A DNA stretch of 64,000 nucleotides from Escherichia coli. Lineage in GTDB: Bacteria; Pseudomonadota; Gammaproteobacteria; Enterobacterales; Enterobacteriaceae. The stretch is taken from assembly GCF_009931435.1 (NCBI RefSeq), contig NZ_CP043414.1, one strand, 5' to 3'. The notes beneath the pieces were generated by a model. It worked only from the letters and a program-made list of their open reading frames with translations, was not told the origin of the DNA and did no database searches. Numbering within the stretch: the stretch's first letter is position 1; each line of letters opens with the position of its first letter. The translations under genes were made by a program, and so were the position numbers. Shown piece by piece: positions 11,543 to 25,144 of the stretch.

Positions 11543-11800
11543 TAACTGAATAGGTGCGTTGATGCCTCATTTTGTTCACATCTATGTTGAAATTAGTGAT
11601 GTGAACGAGCTAAGGACTCTATTAGGAGTAGAGCGGCCATATTGTTCGTCTGAACAGCCTGTAGACAGCTCTATTATTGAGACATGGTATTTTTCGTGGT
11701 ATCTGCTAAGTAGTTTGTTTCAAGGCATTGATTTATTTATATTTTATTTTCTCATTGATAGCTGAGTGGGAATGATTTGATCCCTGCACTATGAATTAGC

Positions 11801-11830
11801 AAAACCCTCTGTTACTACAGAGGGTTTTTT
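11801..11830. terminator. Bidirectional hairpin terminator downstream of yfgI, at the islet boundary
   Basis: AAAA-CCCTCTG-TTACTA-CAGAGGG-TTTTTT; the A-tract/T-tract flanks allow termination in both directions. Confidence 0.55.
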
Positions 11831-11868
11831 ATACTCACGAATCATAGGATTGAAGTTACTGACATCGC

Positions 11869-12408
11869 TTAGTTAAACCAGCTGTCCGATTTGTTCTCTT
11901 CTGCTTTGCCCACGCTTTTCATCAGATCGCGACCGCCTTCAGTCATATTCCTGTTTGCGTCAGCTTCAGATTGCACCACATCGGTTTGCGCAGCTTTGTG
12001 CTTCAGTTCCTGATCGATAAATTCGTTTTCTCGCTTAACGCGGGCTTCTTCTTTCGCCAGCGCCAGTTTTTGTTTCTGAATCTCTAAGCTGCGTAGCTCA
12101 TCTTCATAACTTTGATCGCGTTTCTTGTCCGCAGTGGCTTCGGCGTCCAGTTTATCCTGACGAGCTTTCTTATTTGCCGCTGCCGTTGCCGCTCTTTTGT
12201 TAGCGGCGGCCTGGGCGTTTGCGCGACGTTGCTTCTCTTGCTGGATTTCCCTGTTGCGCTCCGCGACCCATTCGTCATGCTGCCTTTGCTCTTCATTTTT
12301 ACCTTGCTGTTCCGCTTCTGCGACAGCAGAGAGTTGATCCTGCAATGATGAGGCGATAGCCGGATAGCTTAAGGAGGCTAAGATGGCGCAAAGAAAAACT
12401 TTCTTCAT
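11869..12408 (-). CDS. yfgI: Periplasmic protein YfgI
   Basis: 179 aa, signal peptide MKKVFLCAILASLSYPAIA, charged K/E/Q-rich body; synteny with yfgH. Confidence 0.85.
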   Translation of the reverse strand: MKKVFLCAILASLSYPAIASSLQDQLSAVAEAEQQGKNEEQRQHDEWVAERNREIQQEKQRRANAQAAANKRAATAAANKKARQDKLDAEATADKKRDQSYEDELRSLEIQKQKLALAKEEARVKRENEFIDQELKHKAAQTDVVQSEADANRNMTEGGRDLMKSVGKAEENKSDSWFN

Positions 12409-12423
12409 GACTCCTCCTGATTA

Positions 12424-12942
12424 TTAGCTCTTTTCAGGACATTTGGTATTTGGCTGAATACGCGTTTCGTTATACGTCGTGGTAATAACAACGGCTAAAC
12501 CTGTCGTAAACTGGCACTCTTTACCCACCTGGGTGGAGGTATACACTTTGGTGCCTTCCTTATACGTTAGAGAAACACCTTCCACTAAGGTTTTATCATT
12601 CACCATAGAACCTGCTGCCGCGCCAACAGCTCCGCCGCCAACTGCACCTGCCGTCGTTCCGGAATTGCTGCCAGACCCCACGTTGTGGCCGATAACACCG
12701 CCAGCGACTGCACCAATAAGCGCGCCGAAGGCTTGTGCGTTTCGTTTATTTTGGGAGTTGTCTACGGCAACTTTTGCGGGAAGAATGGAAATAATATTAA
12801 CGGTTTTAGTTTCTTGTTTGGTATTCAGTTGATCGGTTTGATAAACATCGGCGGCATGATCATCAGCATTTGACTGGCATCCTGCCAGAGTGAATGACGC
12901 TAACATTGCCACAGGCAGAAGACATTTTTTAAATTTCATCAC
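12424..12942 (-). CDS. yfgH: Outer-membrane lipoprotein YfgH (glycine-zipper)
   Basis: 172 aa, lipobox LAGC, Gly-rich zipper GALIGAVAGGVIGHNVGSG. Confidence 0.85.
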   Translation of the reverse strand: MMKFKKCLLPVAMLASFTLAGCQSNADDHAADVYQTDQLNTKQETKTVNIISILPAKVAVDNSQNKRNAQAFGALIGAVAGGVIGHNVGSGSNSGTTAGAVGGGAVGAAAGSMVNDKTLVEGVSLTYKEGTKVYTSTQVGKECQFTTGLAVVITTTYNETRIQPNTKCPEKS

Positions 12943-13252
12943 TATTCCTTGTTATACACATTACGAAAAATAAGACATTTAAGATCATCAAAAGAGGAAA
13001 GTAAATGTATTGCGTATAAAGGAATAGATTAAATTTATTAAAATTCATGTGGAAAATAATTTATAAAAATACATCATTAAAACATATGTATTAATTTTAT
13101 ATTTATTTCGCAGCCAAACAGGATAAACATCAGTCAGGACAAAGACGTAAAATTTAAGATGAAAGAATATCTGCCGCTTTGATAATCTCAAAGAGCAACT
13201 GCATCCGACAGCGAGGTGCCGTTATGTTCAGTGAAGGTGGAGAAGGTAACCG

Positions 13253-13444
13253 CTAACGTTGTACCGGTGATTCGACGGAGAGTGTGGATTGTTGAGCTTC
13301 TTTTTTGCTCTGATGGTGCTGCCAGGCACCGACGGACGAGTAGATAAAGCGGCCAAAGAAGAAGATAAAGCTGATGAGCAGTACGATACGGGTCATGCGA
13401 CTGTTAAATCGGTGTCGTTTTCGCATACTGGTTGCCTGACTCAC
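13253..13444 (-). CDS. yfgG: Small membrane protein YfgG
   Basis: 63 aa ORF with one hydrophobic helix; conserved position divergent from pdeF. Confidence 0.7.
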   Translation of the reverse strand: MSQATSMRKRHRFNSRMTRIVLLISFIFFFGRFIYSSVGAWQHHQSKKEAQQSTLSVESPVQR

Positions 13445-13654
13445 AAAAGGTTCCTTGAAGTATGTCCCACGCCGTGGACGGTACTTACATTAAGGCACAA
13501 CAGGACAAAATGGTCAATTCTTCGTTATGTAAAAAAGCGTCAGTGGATACATATTTTAATGTTATGGAAGTTAATTTAATTATTTACAATGATGATGTAA
13601 TAATGATGAATTAACATGATAAACGTAATAATTCATTAATCAGGGTTATTTTGT

Positions 13655-13668
13655 TTGATATATATCAA
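13655..13668 (+). promoter_or_regulatory. FNR/CRP-type box TTGAT-ATAT-ATCAA upstream of pdeF, with candidate -10 TAGAAT at 13690-13695
   Basis: Perfect TTGAT-N4-ATCAA palindrome centred about 40 bp upstream of the predicted start site, a class II arrangement. Confidence 0.5.
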
Positions 13669-13795
13669 TTGGAACTTTCATATGACACTTAGAATCAATG
13701 CTCTCTATAGTGATGAATAATCATCATTCGAAGTCAGGTGGGATGCCTGTCTGAATACACCTCCTTCACGATGTGGGGGATTCTGCTGAGCATCT

Positions 13796-16039
13796 ATGAA
13801 ACTGAATGCAACCTATATAAAAATACGTGATAAATGGTGGGGGCTTCCGCTGTTCCTGCCTTCTTTCATCTTGCCCATTTTCGCCCATATTAATACTTTC
13901 GCGCATATTTCTTCCGGTGAGGTTTTTCTCTTTTACCTGCCTTTGGCACTGATGATCAGCATGATGATGTTTTTCAGCTGGGCGGCATTGCCAGGGATCG
14001 CCTTAGGGATTTTTGTCCGCAAATATGCAGAGCTGGGTATTTACGAAACGCTCTCATTAACAGCTAATTTTATTATCATTATCATTCTCTGTTGGGGCGG
14101 TTACAGGGTCTTTACTCCCCGGCGTAACAACGTTTCACATGGTGATACCCGTTTAATTGCCCAGCGTATATTCTGGCAGATTGTATTTCCTGCAACGCTG
14201 TTTCTAATACTTTTCCAATTTGCTGCGTTTGTTGGATTACTGGCGAGCAGAGAAAATCTGGTCGGCGTCATGCCTTTTAACCTCGGGACCTTAATCAATT
14301 ATCAGGCCTTACTGGTGGGCAATCTGATTGGTGTTCCGCTGTGCTACTTCATCATTCGGGTGGTGCGAAATCCGTTTTATTTACGCAGCTATTATTCGCA
14401 ATTAAAACAGCAAGTTGATGTCAAAGTCACCAAAAAAGAGTTCGCGCTCTGGCTACTGGCATTAGGTGCGTTGTTGTTGCTGTTATGCATGCCGTTAAAT
14501 GAAAAAAGCACGATTTTCAGCACCAATTATACCTTGTCATTATTGCTACCCCTGATGATGTGGGGAGCCATGCGCTATGGTTATAAGTTGATTTCGCTGC
14601 TCTGGGCGGTCGTGCTGATGATCAGCATCCACAGCTATCAAAATTACATTCCCATTTATCCTGGCTATACCACGCAACTGACCATAACCTCCTCCAGTTA
14701 TCTGGTATTCTCTTTTATTGTCAATTATATGGTTGTACTGGCAACCCGTCAGCGAGCGGTAGTCAGACGCATTCAGCGGCTTGCGTATGTGGACCCGGTG
14801 GTTCATCTGCCAAATGTTCGCGCCCTGAATCGCGCGTTGCGTGATGCCCCCTGGTCTGCGCTTTGTTATTTACGCATCCCCGGCATGGAAATGCTGGTTA
14901 AGAACTATGGCATCATGCTACGGATTCAATACAAGCAAAAACTTTCTCACTGGCTGTCACCATTGCTGGAACCGGGTGAAGATGTTTATCAGCTTTCGGG
15001 TAACGATCTCGCGCTGCGACTGAATACAGAATCGCACCAGGAGCGCATTACCGCACTGGATAGCCATCTCAAGCAATTTCGTTTCTTTTGGGATGGAATG
15101 CCGATGCAACCGCAGATTGGCGTCAGTTACTGCTATGTGCGCTCGCCAGTGAATCATATCTACTTACTGCTGGGAGAGCTAAATACGGTCGCCGAACTTT
15201 CCATCGTGACCAACGCCCCGGAAAATATGCAGCGTCGCGGGGCAATGTATTTGCAACGCGAATTGAAAGATAAAGTCGCGATGATGAATCGGCTACAGCA
15301 GGCGCTGGAACACAACCATTTTTTCCTGATGGCCCAGCCGATTACCGGTATGCGTGGTGATGTCTACCATGAGATCCTTCTGCGCATGAAAGGTGATAAT
15401 GATGAACTGATCAGCCCCGACAGCTTCTTGCCGGTCGCGCACGAATTTGGTTTATCGTCGAGTATCGACATGTGGGTCATTGAGCATACGCTGCAATTTA
15501 TGGCTGAAAACAGAGCGAAGATGCCCGCTCACCGTTTTGCGATTAATCTGTCGCCAACCTCGGTATGTCAGGCTCGTTTTCCCGTTGAAGTCAGTCAGCT
15601 GCTGGCTAAATACCAGATTGAAGCGTGGCAACTTATTTTTGAAGTCACCGAAAGTAATGCGCTGACCAATGTTAAGCAGGCGCAAATCACCTTGCAGCAT
15701 CTTCAGGAATTAGGCTGCCAGATTGCGATTGATGATTTCGGCACCGGCTACGCCAGCTATGCGCGGCTTAAAAATGTGAATGCCGATCTCCTTAAAATTG
15801 ACGGCAGTTTTATCCGCAATATTGTGTCAAATAGTCTGGATTACCAGATAGTGGCGTCGATTTGTCACCTGGCGCGAATGAAGAAAATGCTGGTAGTGGC
15901 AGAGTACGTTGAAAACGAAGAGATCCGCGAGGCGGTGCTTTCTTTAGGGATAGATTATATGCAGGGTTATCTTATTGGTAAGCCGCAACCGTTAATTGAT
16001 ACGCTGAATGAAATCGAACCCATTCGCGAAAGTGCCTGA
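13796..16039 (+). CDS. pdeF: Cyclic-di-GMP phosphodiesterase PdeF (MASE1 - degenerate GGDEF - EAL)
   Basis: 747 aa; multi-TM N-terminus; EAL-domain motifs in the C-terminal part. Confidence 0.92.
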   Translation: MKLNATYIKIRDKWWGLPLFLPSFILPIFAHINTFAHISSGEVFLFYLPLALMISMMMFFSWAALPGIALGIFVRKYAELGIYETLSLTANFIIIIILCWGGYRVFTPRRNNVSHGDTRLIAQRIFWQIVFPATLFLILFQFAAFVGLLASRENLVGVMPFNLGTLINYQALLVGNLIGVPLCYFIIRVVRNPFYLRSYYSQLKQQVDVKVTKKEFALWLLALGALLLLLCMPLNEKSTIFSTNYTLSLLLPLMMWGAMRYGYKLISLLWAVVLMISIHSYQNYIPIYPGYTTQLTITSSSYLVFSFIVNYMVVLATRQRAVVRRIQRLAYVDPVVHLPNVRALNRALRDAPWSALCYLRIPGMEMLVKNYGIMLRIQYKQKLSHWLSPLLEPGEDVYQLSGNDLALRLNTESHQERITALDSHLKQFRFFWDGMPMQPQIGVSYCYVRSPVNHIYLLLGELNTVAELSIVTNAPENMQRRGAMYLQRELKDKVAMMNRLQQALEHNHFFLMAQPITGMRGDVYHEILLRMKGDNDELISPDSFLPVAHEFGLSSSIDMWVIEHTLQFMAENRAKMPAHRFAINLSPTSVCQARFPVEVSQLLAKYQIEAWQLIFEVTESNALTNVKQAQITLQHLQELGCQIAIDDFGTGYASYARLKNVNADLLKIDGSFIRNIVSNSLDYQIVASICHLARMKKMLVVAEYVENEEIREAVLSLGIDYMQGYLIGKPQPLIDTLNEIEPIRESA

Positions 16040-16077
16040 ACAGCGAGGGCCGACATTTCTCGTCGGCCCGCAAAGCA

Positions 16078-19690
<3,613 letters not shown>

Positions 19691-19861
19691 TACCACTTTT
19701 ACTCCGTTTTATTCACGGGACACTGCCTGGATATTATGGCGAGCAATATTGGCAGATGTCCAACTATGCCAGAAAAGGGGGAAAAAAACTGCTGGAGCTT
19801 GCGATTTACAGGTGAATTGAAAAACGCCAGCGGCAGAGCTGGCGCTTTAACTACGGGGGCA

Positions 19862-20499
19862 TTACTCGTCGGCAGCGTAGCCCTGCGGCGGCAGACGTTG
19901 ACCATCCAGCCACGCGGCGTTTTCGTGCATTTTCAGACGACCATCGGCAAACCAGCTAATCACCAGTGGATAAATAGCGTGTTCCTGGGTTTGCACGCGG
20001 GCGGTGATGTCATCCTCCGTATCACCAGCAAATACCGGGACTTTCGCCTGTAAAATAACCGGGCCACCGTCCAGTTCATCGGTGACGAAATGCACCGATG
20101 TACCGTGCTCTTCATCGCCATTTTCCAGCGCCTGACGATGGGTGTGTAATCCGGGATATTTCGGCAGCAGAGAAGGGTGAATGTTCAGCAAACGCCCGGC
20201 ATAGTGGGAGACAAACGCCGGGCTGAGAATGCGCATAAAACCAGCCAGCACGACCACATCGGGTGCGTACATGTCGATTTCATGAATCAACTCCCGGTCA
20301 TAGGCTTCACGACTGTCAAACGCGCTGGCGATGAGCGTATGCGTTGCAATACCCGCCTGGCGGGCGCGTTCAAGGCCGAACGCGTCGGCCTTATTGCTGA
20401 AAACTGCCCGTACGGTGCCTTTAATTTTATTGGTTTTGCAGGAGTCAATAATTGCCTGCAAATTACTTCCGTTGCCGGAAATAAGCACCACAATATTCA

Positions 20500-20500
<1 letters not shown>
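19862..20500 (-). CDS. purN: Phosphoribosylglycinamide formyltransferase 1
   Basis: 212 aa, MNIVVLISGNGSNLQAIID...; start overlaps the purM stop. Confidence 0.96.
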
Positions 20501-21555
<1,055 letters not shown>

Positions 21556-21600
21556 TTACTTGCGGTAGAAAAATAAAATTCGGCGCAATTCTAACAGGGA

Positions 21601-21616
21601 AAGCAAACGTTTGCGA
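21601..21616. promoter_or_regulatory. PurR operator of purMN
   Basis: AAGCAAACGTTTGCGA, a near-perfect match to the PurR palindrome, about 65 bp upstream of the purM start. Confidence 0.65.
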
Positions 21617-21791
21617 GACTGCTTTACACAACCTTTTTGCACGTCTTTTCCCCAGGCGCGCGGCGAAAGAATACTTGTACCAGGGCAAAGGATCGTTTTC
21701 GGATGGAATAATCTTCTTCCATAACCATTTGAATACAAAATAACTTTATCTCAAACCGTTATCATTTTGACTAAAGTCAACGAAAATAATA

Positions 21792-21835
21792 TTGCCGCCT
21801 TGAAGAAAGGAGGTATAATCCGTCGATTTTTTTTG
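21792..21835 (+). promoter_or_regulatory. upp promoter with T8 initiation tract (UTP-sensitive reiterative transcription)
   Basis: -35 TTGCCG (21792-21797), 16 bp spacer, -10 TATAAT (21814-21819), then GATTTTTTTTG at 21825-21835. Confidence 0.65.
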
Positions 21836-21861
21836 TGGCTGCCCCTCAAAGGAGAAAGAGT

Positions 21862-22488
21862 ATGAAGATCGTGGAAGTCAAACACCCACTCGTCAAACAC
21901 AAGCTGGGACTGATGCGTGAGCAAGATATCAGCACCAAGCGCTTTCGCGAACTCGCTTCCGAAGTGGGTAGCCTGCTGACTTACGAAGCGACCGCCGACC
22001 TCGAAACGGAAAAAGTAACTATCGAAGGCTGGAACGGCCCGGTAGAAATCGACCAGATCAAAGGTAAGAAAATTACCGTGGTGCCAATTTTACGTGCCGG
22101 TCTGGGGATGATGGACGGTGTGCTGGAAAACGTTCCGAGCGCGCGCATCAGCGTCGTCGGTATGTACCGTAATGAAGAAACGCTGGAGCCGGTACCGTAC
22201 TTCCAGAAACTGGTTTCTAACATCGATGAGCGTATGGCGCTGATCGTTGACCCAATGCTGGCAACCGGTGGTTCCGTTATCGCGACCATCGACCTGCTGA
22301 AAAAAGCGGGCTGCAGCAGCATCAAAGTTCTGGTGCTGGTAGCTGCGCCAGAAGGTATCGCAGCGCTGGAAAAAGCGCACCCGGACGTCGAACTGTATAC
22401 TGCATCGATTGACCAGGGACTGAACGAGCACGGATACATTATTCCGGGCCTCGGCGATGCCGGTGACAAAATCTTTGGTACGAAATAA
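21862..22488 (+). CDS. upp: Uracil phosphoribosyltransferase
   Basis: 208 aa from [20 protein letters not shown]...; Shine-Dalgarno AAAGGAGA. Confidence 0.96.
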
Positions 22489-22503
22489 AGAATAAAAATT
22501 ATT

Positions 22504-22533
22504 AAAGCCGACTTTAAGAGTCGGCTTTTTTTT
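22504..22533 (+). terminator. Intrinsic terminator/attenuator between upp and uraA
   Basis: AAAGCCGACT / AGTCGGCTTT stem followed by T8. Confidence 0.7.
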
Positions 22534-22573
22534 GAGTAAAGCGCCTATAACACATAATACAGAGGAATATACT

Positions 22574-23863
22574 ATGACGCGCCGTGCTATCGGGGTGAGT
22601 GAAAGACCGCCACTTTTACAAACAATCCCGCTTAGTTTGCAACATTTGTTCGCCATGTTTGGTGCAACCGTCCTGGTGCCCGTCTTATTTCATATTAACC
22701 CGGCGACTGTACTGTTATTCAATGGTATCGGGACGCTGCTGTATCTCTTCATCTGTAAAGGGAAAATCCCGGCTTATCTTGGTTCCAGCTTTGCCTTTAT
22801 TTCACCGGTATTGTTACTGTTGCCGTTAGGGTATGAAGTCGCGCTGGGCGGCTTTATTATGTGCGGCGTGCTGTTCTGCCTGGTTTCTTTTATCGTGAAG
22901 AAAGCGGGGACCGGCTGGCTGGACGTGCTGTTTCCACCTGCGGCAATGGGCGCAATCGTTGCCGTCATCGGTCTGGAGTTGGCGGGCGTAGCTGCCGGTA
23001 TGGCAGGTTTACTCCCGGCTGAAGGGCAAACGCCAGACTCCAAAACCATCATCATCTCCATTACCACGCTGGCAGTCACGGTTTTAGGTTCCGTGCTGTT
23101 TCGTGGTTTCCTGGCAATTATCCCGATTTTAATTGGCGTGCTGGTGGGCTACGCGCTCTCTTTCGCAATGGGAATTGTCGATACTACGCCGATTATTAAT
23201 GCTCACTGGTTTGCGCTGCCAACTCTCTATACGCCGCGCTTCGAGTGGTTTGCCATTCTGACTATTCTGCCAGCGGCGTTAGTGGTTATTGCCGAACACG
23301 TAGGGCACCTGGTGGTAACGGCTAATATCGTCAAAAAAGATCTGCTGCGCGATCCAGGTCTGCACCGTTCGATGTTTGCTAACGGCTTGTCGACCGTGAT
23401 CTCCGGCTTCTTTGGCTCCACGCCAAATACTACCTACGGGGAAAACATTGGCGTGATGGCGATCACCCGTGTTTACAGTACCTGGGTTATCGGCGGGGCG
23501 GCGATTTTCGCTATCCTGCTTTCCTGCGTCGGTAAACTGGCTGCTGCTATCCAGATGATCCCATTGCCGGTGATGGGCGGCGTTTCGCTGCTGCTTTATG
23601 GTGTTATCGGTGCTTCCGGTATTCGTGTTTTGATCGAATCGAAAGTGGATTACAACAAAGCACAGAACCTGATCCTGACTTCTGTCATTTTGATCATCGG
23701 TGTCAGTGGCGCGAAGGTAAACATCGGCGCGGCGGAGCTGAAAGGTATGGCGCTGGCGACCATCGTCGGTATCGGCTTAAGTTTGATCTTCAAACTGATT
23801 AGTGTGCTGCGCCCTGAAGAAGTGGTGCTGGACGCAGAAGACGCGGATATAACAGACAAATAA
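22574..23863 (+). CDS. uraA: Uracil:H+ symporter
   Basis: 429 aa from [21 protein letters not shown]... Confidence 0.96.
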   Translation: MTRRAIGVSERPPLLQTIPLSLQHLFAMFGATVLVPVLFHINPATVLLFNGIGTLLYLFICKGKIPAYLGSSFAFISPVLLLLPLGYEVALGGFIMCGVLFCLVSFIVKKAGTGWLDVLFPPAAMGAIVAVIGLELAGVAAGMAGLLPAEGQTPDSKTIIISITTLAVTVLGSVLFRGFLAIIPILIGVLVGYALSFAMGIVDTTPIINAHWFALPTLYTPRFEWFAILTILPAALVVIAEHVGHLVVTANIVKKDLLRDPGLHRSMFANGLSTVISGFFGSTPNTTYGENIGVMAITRVYSTWVIGGAAIFAILLSCVGKLAAAIQMIPLPVMGGVSLLLYGVIGASGIRVLIESKVDYNKAQNLILTSVILIIGVSGAKVNIGAAELKGMALATIVGIGLSLIFKLISVLRPEEVVLDAEDADITDK

Positions 23864-23957
23864 TGTACCGACCGGGCAGTGTTGCTGCCCGGTTCAAACA
23901 TCATGGGATTCTGTGGTAAACTTCTCGCGATTTTGTGAAATCCTGGTTGAGGTATCT

Positions 23958-24659
23958 CTGAACACACCGGCACAGCTCTCTTTGCCACTTTATCTTCCTG
24001 ACGACGAAACCTTTGCAAGTTTCTGGCCGGGGGATAACTCCTCTTTACTGGCCGCGCTGCAAAACGTGCTGCGTCAGGAACATAGCGGTTACATCTATCT
24101 CTGGGCACGCGAAGGCGCGGGGCGCAGCCATCTGCTGCACGCGGCTTGCGCGGAATTGTCGCAGCGTGGCGATGCGGTGGGCTATGTCCCGCTGGATAAA
24201 CGCACCTGGTTTGTTCCGGAAGTGCTCGACGGTATGGAGCATTTGTCGCTGGTCTGTATCGACAACATTGAGTGTATTGCAGGCGATGAGTTGTGGGAGA
24301 TGGCGATTTTCGATCTCTACAATCGAATTCTGGAATCGGGTAAAACACGGTTGTTAATCACCGGCGATCGTCCACCGCGGCAGTTGAATCTGGGATTACC
24401 GGATCTCGCGTCGCGACTCGACTGGGGGCAGATCTACAAATTGCAGCCTCTTTCTGATGAAGATAAGTTGCAGGCGCTACAGTTACGCGCGCGTTTGCGT
24501 GGTTTTGAACTGCCGGAAGATGTGGGGCGTTTCTTGCTGAAGCGGCTCGACAGAGAGATGCGCACGTTATTTATGACGTTGGATCAGTTGGATCGTGCGT
24601 CGATTACCGCGCAACGTAAGCTGACCATTCCGTTTGTGAAAGAAATTCTGAAACTGTAG
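23958..24659 (+). CDS. hda: DnaA-inactivating protein Hda (RIDA)
   Basis: 233 aa if initiated at the CTG at 23958 ([19 protein letters not shown]...), as is established for K-12 hda. Confidence 0.85.
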
Positions 24660-24669
24660 ACAAGACGTT

Positions 24670-24740
24670 TATCGTCGGATGCGCGCCCATCGTATTCGTA
24701 GGCCGGATAAGACGCGGCAAGCGTCGTATCCGGCAACGTG
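24670..24740. repeat. REP element(s)
   Basis: GTAGGCCGGATAAGACGCGGCAAGCGTCGTATCCGGCAACG-type palindromic unit in the convergent hda/yfgD gap. Confidence 0.7.
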
Positions 24741-24764
24741 ACTTAACTCGCGAAAGGGCGCATA

Positions 24765-25124
24765 TTAACCCACGATTTCCAGTACCTGCTCCGGTGGACG
24801 ACCAATCCGCGCTTTGCCATTGGCGACCACAATTGGGCGCTCCATTAGCTTCGGATTATCCACCATTGCCTGAATCAGCGCCTCTTCGCTAAGCGAACTG
24901 TCAGTCAGGTTCAGCTCTTTATAAAGATCCTCTTTCTGGCGCATCAACTCACGGGCACTATTCATCCCAAGCATTTTAAGCAAATCGCGCAGCGTTGCCG
25001 CATCGGCGGGTGTCTCAAGGTAGAGCACCACTTCTGGCTCCACGCCGTTTTCTTTCAGCAGGTTCAGCGTTTCCCGGCTCTTTGAACAGCGTGGATTATG
25101 GTAGATTTTTACCTGTTTGGTCAT
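24765..25124 (-). CDS. yfgD: ArsC-family reductase-like protein
   Basis: 119 aa, MTKQVKIYHNPRCSKSRETL... Confidence 0.9.
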   Translation of the reverse strand: MTKQVKIYHNPRCSKSRETLNLLKENGVEPEVVLYLETPADAATLRDLLKMLGMNSARELMRQKEDLYKELNLTDSSLSEEALIQAMVDNPKLMERPIVVANGKARIGRPPEQVLEIVG

Positions 25125-25144
25125 GGTTCTTCCTTTAATGCGAA

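Noticed and set aside
22532-22573. Upstream extensions in the ORF track for uraA, and similarly for guaB, upp, dapA, purC, ypfH, nudK, tktB, hyfA, hyfC, gcvR and narQ
   Set aside because: The track reports the most upstream ATG/GTG/TTG. The conserved protein N-termini and Shine-Dalgarno positions support the internal starts used in the feature list.
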